Positions 24,069 through 35,410 of a stretch of 64,000 nucleotides of DNA are shown piece by piece. Position numbers and translations under genes: made by a program. Numbering within the stretch: position 1 is the first letter of the stretch; every line of letters starts with the position of its first letter. The stretch is from assembly GCF_052425735.1 (NCBI RefSeq), contig NC_135764.1:6696001-6760000 (forward strand), read 5' to 3'. This stretch comes from Oculina patagonica (Eukaryota). The notes beneath the pieces are model-generated. The model searched no databases, was not told where the DNA came from, and was given only the letters and a program-made list of their open reading frames with translations.

Positions 24069-25785
24069 CGCCTCTCAAACCGTTAGTATGGTTCAGATAC
24101 ATTGATGACATTTTCTTCCTATGGACTCATGGTGAGATCAAGTTAAATGAATTCTTTCAACAATGCAACTCCTTCGATCCACACATAAAATTTGAACAGT
24201 CTTTCTCACTCACCGACATACCATTCCTTGACGTACAAGTCATGATTAAAGACGGCAAAATTGAAACTGACCTTTACACTAAACCAACAGATACTCATCA
24301 ATATTTAAACTGGACAAGCTGCCATCCGCGCCACACTAAAACCGCCATTCCTTACAGCCTAGCCCTCCGACTGAGACGCATCTGCTCAACCAACAACTAT
24401 TTTGAGAACAGAATCAAAGAACTTCACGCAATACTCTTAGAGCGAGGTTACAAAAATAGATTAGTCAAAGAATCCATCACAAGAGCTCGAAGCAAAACCC
24501 GAGAGGAGGCGCTACATACAGACAACAACAACTTAAACAGCAACAGAGTGCCGTTGGTAGTCACCTACAACCCGGCTCTACCCAATTTACATAAAATATT
24601 AAGCCAAGCCCACCAGCTCCTACATGTGTCTCCAAGATGCAGAGATGCTTTCCGCGACCCCCCCTTAGTTGCCTACAGAAAAGGACGCAACTTATCGCAG
24701 ATCCTAACAAGCCGGCGATTGCGACCAACCAGCCCTAATGAGCCACTCCCTCTGCCTGCACCATCCACCAACTCTAACACACCTACAGCCACTCAATGTA
24801 GCATCTGTAGCCGTTCATTCTGCAACAACAAAGGCCTTAAAATACATATCTCCCGTGTACACAAGCAAAACCACACCACCCGAGACATCAAACCAGGATT
24901 TTGGCCCTGCGGTAGTGATCCACGATGTGCTTGCTGTAAATCGTATGGTTTATTTGCCACAAAAGTCACTAGCAACACTACCCGCGAATCTATCAATCTT
25001 AAACAATATAGCAACTGTCACACTCATAACGTAATATACCTTATAACATGTGCTAAATGTAAAGATCAGTATGTTGGCGAGACTGGTAACAGCGTTAACA
25101 CAAGGGCTAATCAACACCGCTCCGATATAACCGTTGGCAACAAAAACATTCCTACAGTGAGACATTTTAAAGTCTGTGGCCGTGAAAACATGAAGCTGAC
25201 GGTTATTGAAAAAGTACGGGCAAAAGACCAGTTTACCAGGAGAACAAGAGAAGAATACTGGATAAATAAATTGAAGCCGGCAATTAACAGTTTAATCTAA
25301 CCTTTCAATTATATTTCCTCACTGTTGTTTTTTATTGTATATTTGATAGTTCCTTTTATTTTATTTTATTATATATATTTTTTTATTATTTTATTTTATT
25401 TTATTTTATTTTTTTTCGACTTTTTGTATTTCTTTTTTCTATGTATTATGTATATTTGTCCCATCATATTTTATCATTTTTATAGTTAGTTCAGCATTGT
25501 ATTTCATCAACCACGTGCACATTACCGCGTGAACTGCTGTAACCAATCACAATTGTTATCCCTTTTTTTAAAATACTTCTGTTGACACTTACCGTTATAC
25601 AGTTTAAACGCTCCTGAAGAAGGCCGAGACGGCCGAAACGTAGAGCATTAAAAGCTAACAAGTCTTGACTGGAGTTGGTTACTTGACCGTTACAAATATT
25701 TATTCTTCTCAAGTATTCAAGTTTCCACGATCGCTTCTAGTGATCCTCCGTTACAGACTCTGTGGTCAGCATTGTTTGCGGGACC
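24067..25785 (+). mobile_element. Penelope-like element, more 5'-truncated, right (plus-strand) copy with 3' pseudo-LTR
   Basis: 24067-25690 is the reverse complement of 22023-23646 (1624 bp); ORF ends at 25300. Confidence 0.92.
25610..25646 (+). ncRNA. Minimal type I hammerhead ribozyme motif in the Penelope 3' repeat (mirror copy at 22067-22103, - strand)
   Basis: GCUC-CUGAAGA-A-GGCCG(AGA)CGGCC-GAAA-CG-UA-GAGC. Confidence 0.8.
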
Positions 25786-25946
25786 NNNNNNNNNNNNNNN
25801 NNNNNNNNNNNNNNNNNNNNNNNNNNNNNNNNNNNNNNNNNNNNNNNNNNNNNNNNNNNNNNNNNNNNNNNNNNNNNNNNNNNNNNNNNNNNNNNNNNNN
25901 NNNNNNNNNNNNNNNNNNNNNNNNNNNNNNNNNNNNNNNNNNNAAT

Positions 25947-26363
25947 CCCGGGGGGGGGTACTCAAAGAAGTTTCATACGGGGAGGCTCCGCCCCAAGGTC
26001 TAACCCCTTACCCTTTTATATACCATTTTTGACAAAACATTGTACCCTTTTCGTATACCTTTAACTGAAAAAAGGTACCCCCTTTCATATACCTAAGAGA
26101 CATGGCGTGGACTTAAAATAGGACGTTTTCTTGTCATTTTTATGTAGCGCTTAATAAATTAATATAATACAGCCATAAATTGCGCATGTTCGAAATATTA
26201 TATTGAAAGGCCCTTTTAAATAGCCAAATGACAGATTTCCATACCCTTTCATATACTTAAACTCGTGAAATCCCTACCCTTTTATATACCTGAAGCCTGA
26301 AAAAGGTACCCCTTTCGGGCGGAGCCTCCCCGTATAGGCCATTATAGGGAGTACCCCCCCGGG
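25947..26363. mobile_element. MITE with CCCGGG termini; second copy at 30085-30491
   Basis: CCCGGGGGGGGGTACTC...ATACGGGGAGGCTCCGCCC / GGGCGGAGCCTCCCCGTAT...GAGTACCCCCCCGGG; internal TACCCCTTTCATATAC repeats. Confidence 0.8.
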
Positions 26364-26772
26364 TTCGCAATATTGTAAAATGGTTAGTTTGTCAAGGATA
26401 TTATTACAAATATTGTCACGCATATAACTACAAATATCATCACGACAGCATACAATATGTAACGAGAGAGTTAAGTTGACAACTGATTCAAGTTTTCACT
26501 CCTGGGCATATCGCGTGTTTGCGTGACTGAGGACCCAAGCTCTGTTATCATCAGTTATCAAAATATCGTCACGGTAATACATTGCAAGTGTCTTGATTGA
26601 GTACTAAAATAATGCACTTGACAGTTCAATTTGCTGACGACATAAATTCCTGGGTTATCATGTAAGCGGTTGATGCTCGTGTTTCATATATTCGTTCTCT
26701 AAGCGGTCCAAATTGGATGCGTTAGGTCAAACAATCGTGTGAGGTTGAACCTAGAGTCACGAGGAGGGAAAC

Positions 26773-29150
26773 ATGTTTTCGACGCTACTGTTAGCGTTGT
26801 CCATATTCTGTGCATGTTTGCCGCTGCTCAAGTCAGAGTCAGTAAGAGTGTCAACAAAGTATGGAGACATCGAAGGTGTTGTGACCTCGTACCCAAATGC
26901 CTCTGGCCCGTTTAGGTCTATCAGCAAATTTCTTGGAGTCCCTTTCGCCGCTCCGCCGATTGGAGAGCTCAGATTTAAGCCCCCACAACCGCCAAAAGAG
27001 TGGGAAAACGTTCGGCAAGCGACAAAGCACGGAAACATTTGCTGGCAAATGAAAACTTTTGAATCTTACATCAAAATGTTCGCTCCTAATTTCACATATA
27101 GCGAGGATTGCTTGTATCTTAACGTCTTCAGCCCGAACCTCAGCTTAAGTTTACCTGTGATGGTTTATATTCACGGTGGAGCTTACGAGTTCGGTTCAGC
27201 AGTCACACAACCCAGCGATATTTTGGCTCTGTACGGTGTGGTAGTAGTTGTAATCCAATATCGTCTCGGTCCACTTGGTTTCCTGACGACCGGGAGCTCG
27301 GCGGCCCCTGGGAATTTTGGAATGTTGGATCAAGTCGAAGCACTCAAGTGGGTCAAAGATAATATTGCAAACTTTGGCGGGGACCCTAGCAAGGTGACCA
27401 TATTTGGATTAAGTGCTGGTGGATCAAGTGTAACCCTGCATCTATTGTCGCCTCTATCGGAGGGCCTCTTTCATCAAGTCATCGCAGAGAGCGGAGTGGA
27501 TTTGAGTCCATTTGCGATTCAGCCAATTTCGTTTGGCCTTCGTGTGGCCAAAATGCTCGCTCAAAAGCTGGATTGTACTACAAGCGATCACGAAGCAATG
27601 GTCGCCTGCATTCGCGAGAAACGAGACACGGACATACAGAAAGCCTCAAACACAATGAACTTTCCGTTCTATGATTATCTGCGCTGGGCGCCAGTTGTGG
27701 ACAAACACTTTCTTCTTGACACGCCCCGGAATCTGCGAAAGAAAGGTGAATTCAAGAAAGCAAAGTTGATGATCAGTTTTACCAGTCAGGAAGGTAGTAA
27801 CTCTCTTGGATATATGGCGAACAATTCTTTTGGGATGGCGACAAGTGTGGAAGATGGAGTGAGTCCGTCATTTTTTAAGGAATTTTTAACAAAGTTTGCC
27901 CATGGGCGAAACATCAGGTGAGTTATGTTTATTTTTTTTTTCAAGTTTTTCAGGTGAACCCAAGCTTGTTTCTAGGGCACTTTTTGCTTCCAAGTTTTCC
28001 CACCCCTTCCACTTTCAATTGATGAGACAAAGCGCCCTGGGGACGAGGTTCAGGTGAACCACGTGATGCATTCTTTTCCACTCCAAACTCGGTAATTTGT
28101 TTACAAAATTAATGTTCCTAAGTATTTGTATTTTAGGGGTTTCCAGGTAGAATGGCTTATACCCTGGTTTCTTTTAAGTTGGGTGGAGGGGGATCACAAC
28201 TGCTTGTACTTTTTTGTGTCCAGATAAATGGGCCTATAAGTGGAAGAGCGGGGAAGGGGCTTATCAACCTCATTTCCAGGCCTTTTCCCTTGGGGACGAG
28301 GTTGGAGGTTTATAATTAGGATTTTACAATAATTCCAAACACGACAGCAACAGGCCATTGGTCCTTGTTATTCTCTCGTTGCTTTGGCCGATTCCCTCTA
28401 CTGTGCGTAGTTGTGTTCACCGTTGCTGAGAATCGCGCATGGTTTGATGAATACAACTACCATGATTCCCTGCAGGCGCGTGCCAAAGACGGAATCGTGC
28501 ATTGACAACAATTACTTCGTTTGCCGTTCTTTAGGAAGAAAACCGCTAACCTCATCACGGACGCGTTAGAGTTCATGTACACCCCATGGCCTGACAACAA
28601 TGATAAATACGCACTAAGAAGCCAACTTGTGGACCTCATCGGTGATAACAACTTCTTTGCACCAAGTCACGAGGTCGCTGATATTCAAAGCAAAGTTACT
28701 CCAGTGTACATGTACGAGTTCGCCCAGCGTCCAAAGCACGCCAGTATTTACCCTGAGTGGATGGGTGTGGCACATGGCGAAAACCTGCCGTTTGATTTTG
28801 GAATCCCGCTTTGGTTCCCAAGGTATGACGCAGCCGATAAAAACGTCAGTTTGTTTATCATGGCAGTGTACACGAACTTCGCCAAGACCGGCGATCCAAC
28901 ACCACAGCCAGTCAGCGGTGTTACGTGGGAGAGATACAACTCCAGTCACAGAGCTTACCTGCGAGTTGACGCTCATCCCAAGATGGCGGCGGCGTTTGCT
29001 CCTCGTCGAATGGCTTTCTGGAATGATTACTATCCTCAACTAGTGCAAGTGAATTTTGAAACCAAAAAAGATGTGGTCAGCGGTACTACCGCTTGTGTTT
29101 CTATGGCAATGTTTTATTATATTGCACTTGTCTTTGTGATGTTGTTCTGA
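26773..29150 (+). CDS. Carboxylesterase/cholinesterase-like copy 4; exons 26773..27917 and 28535..29150 (586 aa)
   Basis: Same motifs (FGLSAG, TSQEG, WMGVAHG); canonical splice sites. Confidence 0.93.
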
Positions 29151-29367
29151 AAATAAGCTGTATGGCGACGCTATGGTGCAGTGACTTGCTCAGGTATATA
29201 TATAACGCATAAAACACCTGGTGTAATAACATTTTCTTGACAGCGTTAATTTTCGACTGGTGAAATTAGAAATAAGATTTTTTATTAAACTGAGAGATGT
29301 GACGCCGGTATCGATCGGGGCAGTTCATGTTGTTAATTCTTCGTTCGAGATGCTTTTGCAATAAATG

Positions 29368-29402
<35 letters not shown>
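29368..29402. repeat. (AATC)n microsatellite; shorter paralog near 44317
   Basis: Direct reading. Confidence 0.85.
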
Positions 29403-29702
29403 TTACATATGTGTACCTTCTAACGAGAACTGTATGTACTTTGCTTTAACTGATCCGGTTTTATACTCTATTAAGCAACCAGCGAGAATGAGTTTGGCTT
29501 TTACGAACTCAGTTGAAACTGATGAAATATTAATGAACATAAGCAAACAGTGGACACTGATGTATTGTTGAATGTATTGTACTGCAATTTTATCGGTATT
29601 TATTCAAGTTGTTTTACATTTGCCTCTGCCATTTTGCATTTCGCTTTTGTTTTTGGTTGATTTTATAATTATATAAGCGATTTTGTATTTTTTTTATATC
29701 TA

Positions 29703-29911
29703 CAATGAGCGACAAAAGTCCTTGAGACAGTTGGTTGAAAATAATACTTATTTAACATTCCCATTTTTCCACCTTAAATATGGTCCAGCTTGGGAACCAC
29801 TCCCCCCTTTTGAAGTTGTACACAAACGAGGCAAGTCTTGACTCGGGGTGGAGGGGGTATTATTGAACGGTAAAAAATTGTCCAAGTTACTAACACTTTT
29901 GGCGCCCATTG
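29703..29911. mobile_element. TA-flanked MITE shared with 44613-44877
   Basis: TA-CAATGAGCGACAAAAGT ... ACTTTTGGCGCCCATTG-TA; absent downstream of copies 2 and 3. Confidence 0.7.
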
Positions 29912-30751
29912 TAATAAGCGACTGCTCATTATATTATACATAGATACTCTGTATTTCAATTTGAATAAAAAAGTGTTTACCACACCCAAATGTTAACTTC
30001 TGCCAAAACTCTATAAAGTGACCACCCTTTAAGAGTACAATTGAACCTCACCTTATGGAGACCCCTATTATGTGGACACCTCCCCCCGGGGGGCTACTCA
30101 AAAAAAGTTTTATACGGGGAGGCTCCGCCCCAGGCTCTGACCCCTTACCCTTTTATTTACCATTTGTGACAGAAATTGTACCCCTTTTGTATACCTTTTA
30201 CTGAAAAAGGGTACCCCTTTCATATACCTAAAAGACATGGCATAGACTTAGAACAGGACGTTTTCTTGTCATTTTCACGTAGCGCTTAATACATTAAAAT
30301 AATACAGCCGTAAATTGCGTATATTCGAAATATTTTAATTAAATACCTGAATGACAGATTTCCATACCCTTTCGTATACCAAAACTTGTAAAATCCCTAC
30401 CCTTTCATATACCAGTAAGCCTGAAAAAGGTACCCCTTTCGGGCGGTCCCTCCCTGTATAGGCCATTATAGGGAGTACCCCCCCCCCCCGGCATGTCCCT
30501 AATACAGGTTGTTAGATCGGTCGGAAAGAGACCAAAATTGATGTCAAATTCTCCTCTGTAATATGGTCACCGACATAATACGACACTCTTTCCTGTTCTT
30601 TCTACTGTGCTTGACAAAAATACAGGAAATACTAAGGTTTTTGTGATATCCTGAATAATCAAGGTTCAGTCAACATTATAACAAAGTACGCAAGCAAGCA
30701 AGTGATGCAAGTGTTAAAATGTTCTTTACTGAAACAATTCCCTCTATGGCC

Positions 30752-30877
30752 AATTCCCTCTATGGCGTGCGCCTGCAGGGAATTATGGAAGTTGTATTCA
30801 TCAAACCATGCGCGAGACTTAGCAACGATGAAAACAACTACCGTGATTCCCTGCAGGCGCACGCCATAGAGGGAATC
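30752..30877. mobile_element. Palindromic MITE; related inverted copy in the copy 4 intron (28390-28496)
   Basis: ATTCCCTCTATGGCGTGCGCCTGCAGGGAAT / ATTCCCTGCAGGCGCACGCCATAGAGGGAAT. Confidence 0.75.
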
Positions 30878-31039
30878 ACCCATTGGGTGTCACAGCATCA
30901 CAAATTATAAAAAGTGGACAGATTGCTTGTTGTTATTGAATCAGTTCAACTTTTTTGTTGCTATTTATATGAAATCTCATGCGGATATATACTGCCCAAT
31001 TCTCACATTTGTATAGGAAAACGGTCTGCTTGAGAACAA

Positions 31040-31603
31040 TTAGGCCAGGGCCAGACTTCAAACCTCACGAGTCGAACCTAATGCAAATGACCAAAAACAA
31101 TCTGCATTAGGTTCGACTCATGTGAAGTTCGACGTTTGGCCCAGGCCTTTGGCATTAATTGTACGAGTGAACAGATATGAATTTTTAGTAATTTCCAGGA
31201 AGTCAGAAAAAGTCGGGACTGTTTACAAGTACAATTTATCCCTGAGGCCCAGGCCAAACGTCGAACCTCACATAAGACGAACTTAATTGCAGTTTTGGTC
31301 GACCCAAACAGGTAAAGCTCGACCTTTGGGTCAAACGTCGAACATAATTCGTCGAACCGACCGTCGAACCAAATTCAGAGCAGCAAGAACGAATATTTCG
31401 AGGCTAAAAATACATCAACATTCGAATTTAAAATTTCTTTTTTAAGTTCGTTTCATGAAAAGATCGACGTTTATCCTAAAGTCGACCTTCACACGTTTTA
31501 TCTGTCAGTCGGACGAACTCAACTAAGTCAAACGTCGAACTTATCATGAACTTAATTCGCTCTGTTTAGTTCGTTTCATGTGAAGTTCGACATTTGGGCC
31601 TAA
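31040..31603. mobile_element. Two adjacent MITEs of the GGCCCAGGCCAAACGTCGAAC family; paralogs at ~45602-46145
   Basis: TIR-like CCAAACGTCGAACTTCACATG / CATGTGAAGTTCGACGTTTGG pairs. Confidence 0.65.
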
Positions 31604-31992
31604 TTGTTTCGAGAAAAAAATACCGATTTCCTTTTAATAACAATGCTGATGTAAATACGAGCTTCAGAATACAACAAAGTGTTTACGCGAGTTAAAATGT
31701 GCCAGGCTACCCTTCGGGCGTAGCTTCGCTTTTTGGCTTTGAAGGTCGATTGAAGTGAGCTTTATATTTAAAAGACAACGTAAAATATTACCTTAATGCC
31801 TACTTGCTCTTTCATTTCTGTTTCAGATTAAATTTGTCGATTAGGGCCTTCAACGTTCATTGTTTTTATATCGATCTTCGACTATTCCCAGAAAGAAAGC
31901 TGCGAGTGAAGTCGCGACTCAAGCAGCCTGGAAACGAGTTGTGACAGTGGCGCAGCCGCGTTTTTTGGCGCGAAACTCTGAGCGATGCAATA

Positions 31993-33177
31993 ATATTTTT
32001 TAACAATATACATACAAAAATTTCTGCAAGCTCATTGGCTGAGAGCACGTCAATTAATCCAAAACAATGCAGAAAGTTGAAATTGAGTGATGGATTGACA
32101 GGAAAGTTGGAAAGCGCGCCAAAACAAATTATTATACATTGGTGTCACCAGCTTGATTTTGATTGGCTATAAGCACGCAGCTAATTCTTGCTTGCTGTTT
32201 CTCTTACGTCATACCTACAGACATTAGATTTTACATATGTAGAAGTGACGTCATACCTACAGACAATAGTTTTATGCATGCAGAAGTGACGAAAGGTTGT
32301 AAGCTTATAAAAGTATATAAACAATAAAGTTGTTTACTTACAAGTTGACTGTTGTATATTGATCATTTTTTTGTGCGCGCTCTTGTCTTTACAAGTGCAG
32401 CTCAGGAATGTGCATAATAAAACAATTATTGGATTCGGTTTTCGCATGATAGCGATAATTATCAAGGCCTCAGTTTCTGTTATCCGCCTCAGCCTTCGGC
32501 TTCGGCAGATAACAGAAACTTTGGCCTTGATAATTATCGCTATCATGCTCAACCTCATCCAATAATTGTTAAATGTTAAATGGCGGACTGACGATGTCGG
32601 CGTGTCCGAGAGAGCAAAAATCGAGCAATAACATATCGATTCATGAAAAGTTTGACCGATTTAACGAAAATTATAAGTATATAAACCAAAGTACTAGCAA
32701 CTGGACGTTTGTACAGCACAAGAGATGCTTTACAAGACTACTGAAAGCTACCAATCGCGGATTTTCTTATTTACGCGACGGCTCGTAAAGAAGGAAGATT
32801 TATACAAGCCTGAATTGAAGTTGTACATTTTAGCCCATACCGTTACAACTGAATGAGGATAAAAGCACCTGATAATACATGACAGAGAGCTTTAAAATTA
32901 CCCAGCAGTATATGGATTTTACAAAGCCCGGCAACTCCGTTTTGTTTAAGAACGAATCGGAAAGGTAAGCCACTGAACACGTTTTGTTTGTCATCCACTT
33001 CCAGTGAAATTTTTGTATGTGTATGTTTAAAAAGTAATCACATGATTTTTCTCGTGCAATTTGGGATAAATCAGCACTCGTACATTTTTCAAAGACTACA
33101 AATTTTGTTAGCCTTTGAAAAACTGACCCCTGCTGATTTATCCCAACGGCACTCGAAATCATGTGATTACCTATACT
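31993..33177. mobile_element. ~1.2-kb insertion containing two long hairpins (32420-32570, 33036-33168)
   Basis: Absent from the paralogous site near 46520; internal palindromes, one with a GCCTTCGGC loop. Confidence 0.65.
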
Positions 33178-33427
33178 AATAGCGAAGCGCGCGAGTGACG
33201 TCACGACTCGGACAAGACTCACACAAACAAAAAAAACACTAAACACTTTCATAAAACGGAAACTTTGCCTGATGTTTTCTGAGCCTCTTTGGGGTTATAA
33301 TATTCATTTGCATTCTACTTTTAGACCTCGCGCGCTTCGCTATTGTTTAGCTAGCGATACAATTTGGGATAAATTGATCTGACGTCAACCAATCAGACGT
33401 GAGTATTTACGGGAGCAGTATCTCTAA

Positions 33428-33660
33428 AGGGACTTTGTCACGGATTTTACCAGATTTTTGAAAAGCCAAAATTTATATTTGTGTCGTTGGAAACCTAGAA
33501 ATAATAGTTACAGCAGTAGCTTGATTTCAATCCACAAATTAAGGCTATATCTTCCTTTAGATGTTCAAAGATATTGTTTATTTTTATGGGTTAAGTTGCC
33601 TTCCACTTATTTCAGAATGGTTTGGAACAAAAATCTGCAAAATCTCCGTGCATAGTCCCT
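33428..33660. mobile_element. TTAA-type MITE (AGGGACT..GTCACG family); related ends at ~9440, ~58655, ~62277 and ~63864
   Basis: CTAA-AGGGACTTTGTCACGG ... CCGTGCATAGTCCCT-TTAA; empty site near 46808. Confidence 0.75.
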
Positions 33661-35410
33661 TTAAAAGAAGTCTTCAAGTGTTAAGATAGTTTGATGCAAC
33701 ACAAAAACGGCTTGGATATTCGTGTTCTCAATAATAACTATTAAACGTGCAATCTGTTTTAAAAATACCAATACTAAGTGCTTCTTTAAAACGCTATGTT
33801 AATCCATTAGTTTACACAGATATTTCAAGTGCGCTTAGGAAGTTCCTATTCTTGCATGACACCTTAGTGGAAAGGTAAATTGATTGCAGCAATTCAGAGT
33901 TTCCGTTATTGGATGTGACTTTAACAAGAAAATTGCTACCGGAACATTGTTACACAAATGTTGCACTTTATAATTTCAACTGATGCATGTGTCACTGCAG
34001 CACTGATGACAGGAAATTTCCCAAATTGGCATCTCTTAGCCCAGTAAGTAAACGACATTGTTCTGAAAAGCGACGGTTCACATTTATTTTGAAGTGCTCT
34101 TACGAGAGTCAAGTTGCACGAATCTTGTTACATGCGATTTTACTTAACCCGTGAAATAGAACAGCAACTTGGACAGCAACTTGCAGTTCTGTTACATTAA
34201 AAAGTTCTCAAGTGCAGTATCACAGTTCATCTTTTCTTTGAGCATAAATAAATGACTAGTCACTATCGTTCCCATATTGAAATTTAAGTAGGATATTGTT
34301 TTCAGGAACTTTTAATTAAAAGAATTAATTCTAAAACTTTTGAATATATAAAGAATTCTTTTATTCTAATTCATAATAATTTATAGTTTTCGTTCGTAGA
34401 TCTCACTCCTTTTATAACGGTTTTAACATTTTTTTTATCTTTTTGTCTATTTATAATTTGTACACGACCCCACAAACTTGTAGCTTTTATCTTTTGTCGT
34501 GTTTAAATAAAGGTTGTATGTATGTATGTATGTTCCAAAGAAGAGAGCTTTTATTGGTTTAGAAAACGCAATATCACAAGCGTCACGTCATGAGAATTTT
34601 TGCTGTGCTGGTTTTGAAGGGGCACTAAGAACATGAATATTTAAGCTGACCAATACTCAATTGATTTATTTTTTTGCAGATTTAAAGTCGAGAATAAGAA
34701 AAGACAATTAACCAGCAGGTTGTCATAAATTGTGACTTTTTGATGTCTTACATTGACTAATAAGTGGCATCTTTACGGATATATTGGAGAAGGTTCATTA
34801 TATACTAAGCAAATGCTGTATATGCCGAGGTACTTGAAGAAATAATTATAACATGCCTCGAAAAAGTTCCATTCATTGTAACAGTCAGTCGTTTCATTTT
34901 TCCGCCAATCGTTTCCTTTGTCCGCAGAAATACCGAGTTGGAGAGAAGCCATCGTTCGAAATGACATATAATTTTTTTTATAGACACAATTGAATTCGCA
35001 AGATTTATAGTGAACACTACATATTGATCTCACGTTTATCTTGTTATATTACATCTCGAAAGAATCGCCTATATTTAGAACCTCTCTAAACGATATCGAT
35101 GATGGTCCGTTTGTCACGCGTATTAAAAAATATCGTCACGGATATTATTGCAGATGCCTCGTGACATGTAAAGGAGTTACTAAAATAAAACATGTTAAAA
35201 TTAAGAGACAATTTGCTGACGACATACATTCCGGACAAACACGCATGCATTATATTTTTTGTCAAGTCGGCAATTTGAAAAGTCATTAACTAGCAAGAGA
35301 TTTCAAAAGTTTCATTCATAATCACAGTGATCCGAAGTAGAGACATAAGCTTTTAGGAGTCTCTAAGTATATTTTGAGGCTGTTCTTAGCGCCGTCACAA
35401 GGAGGAAAGT

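Noticed and set aside
21794-26064. ORFs containing long X runs
   Set aside because: Artifacts of N-gaps at 21801-22022 and 25786-25943
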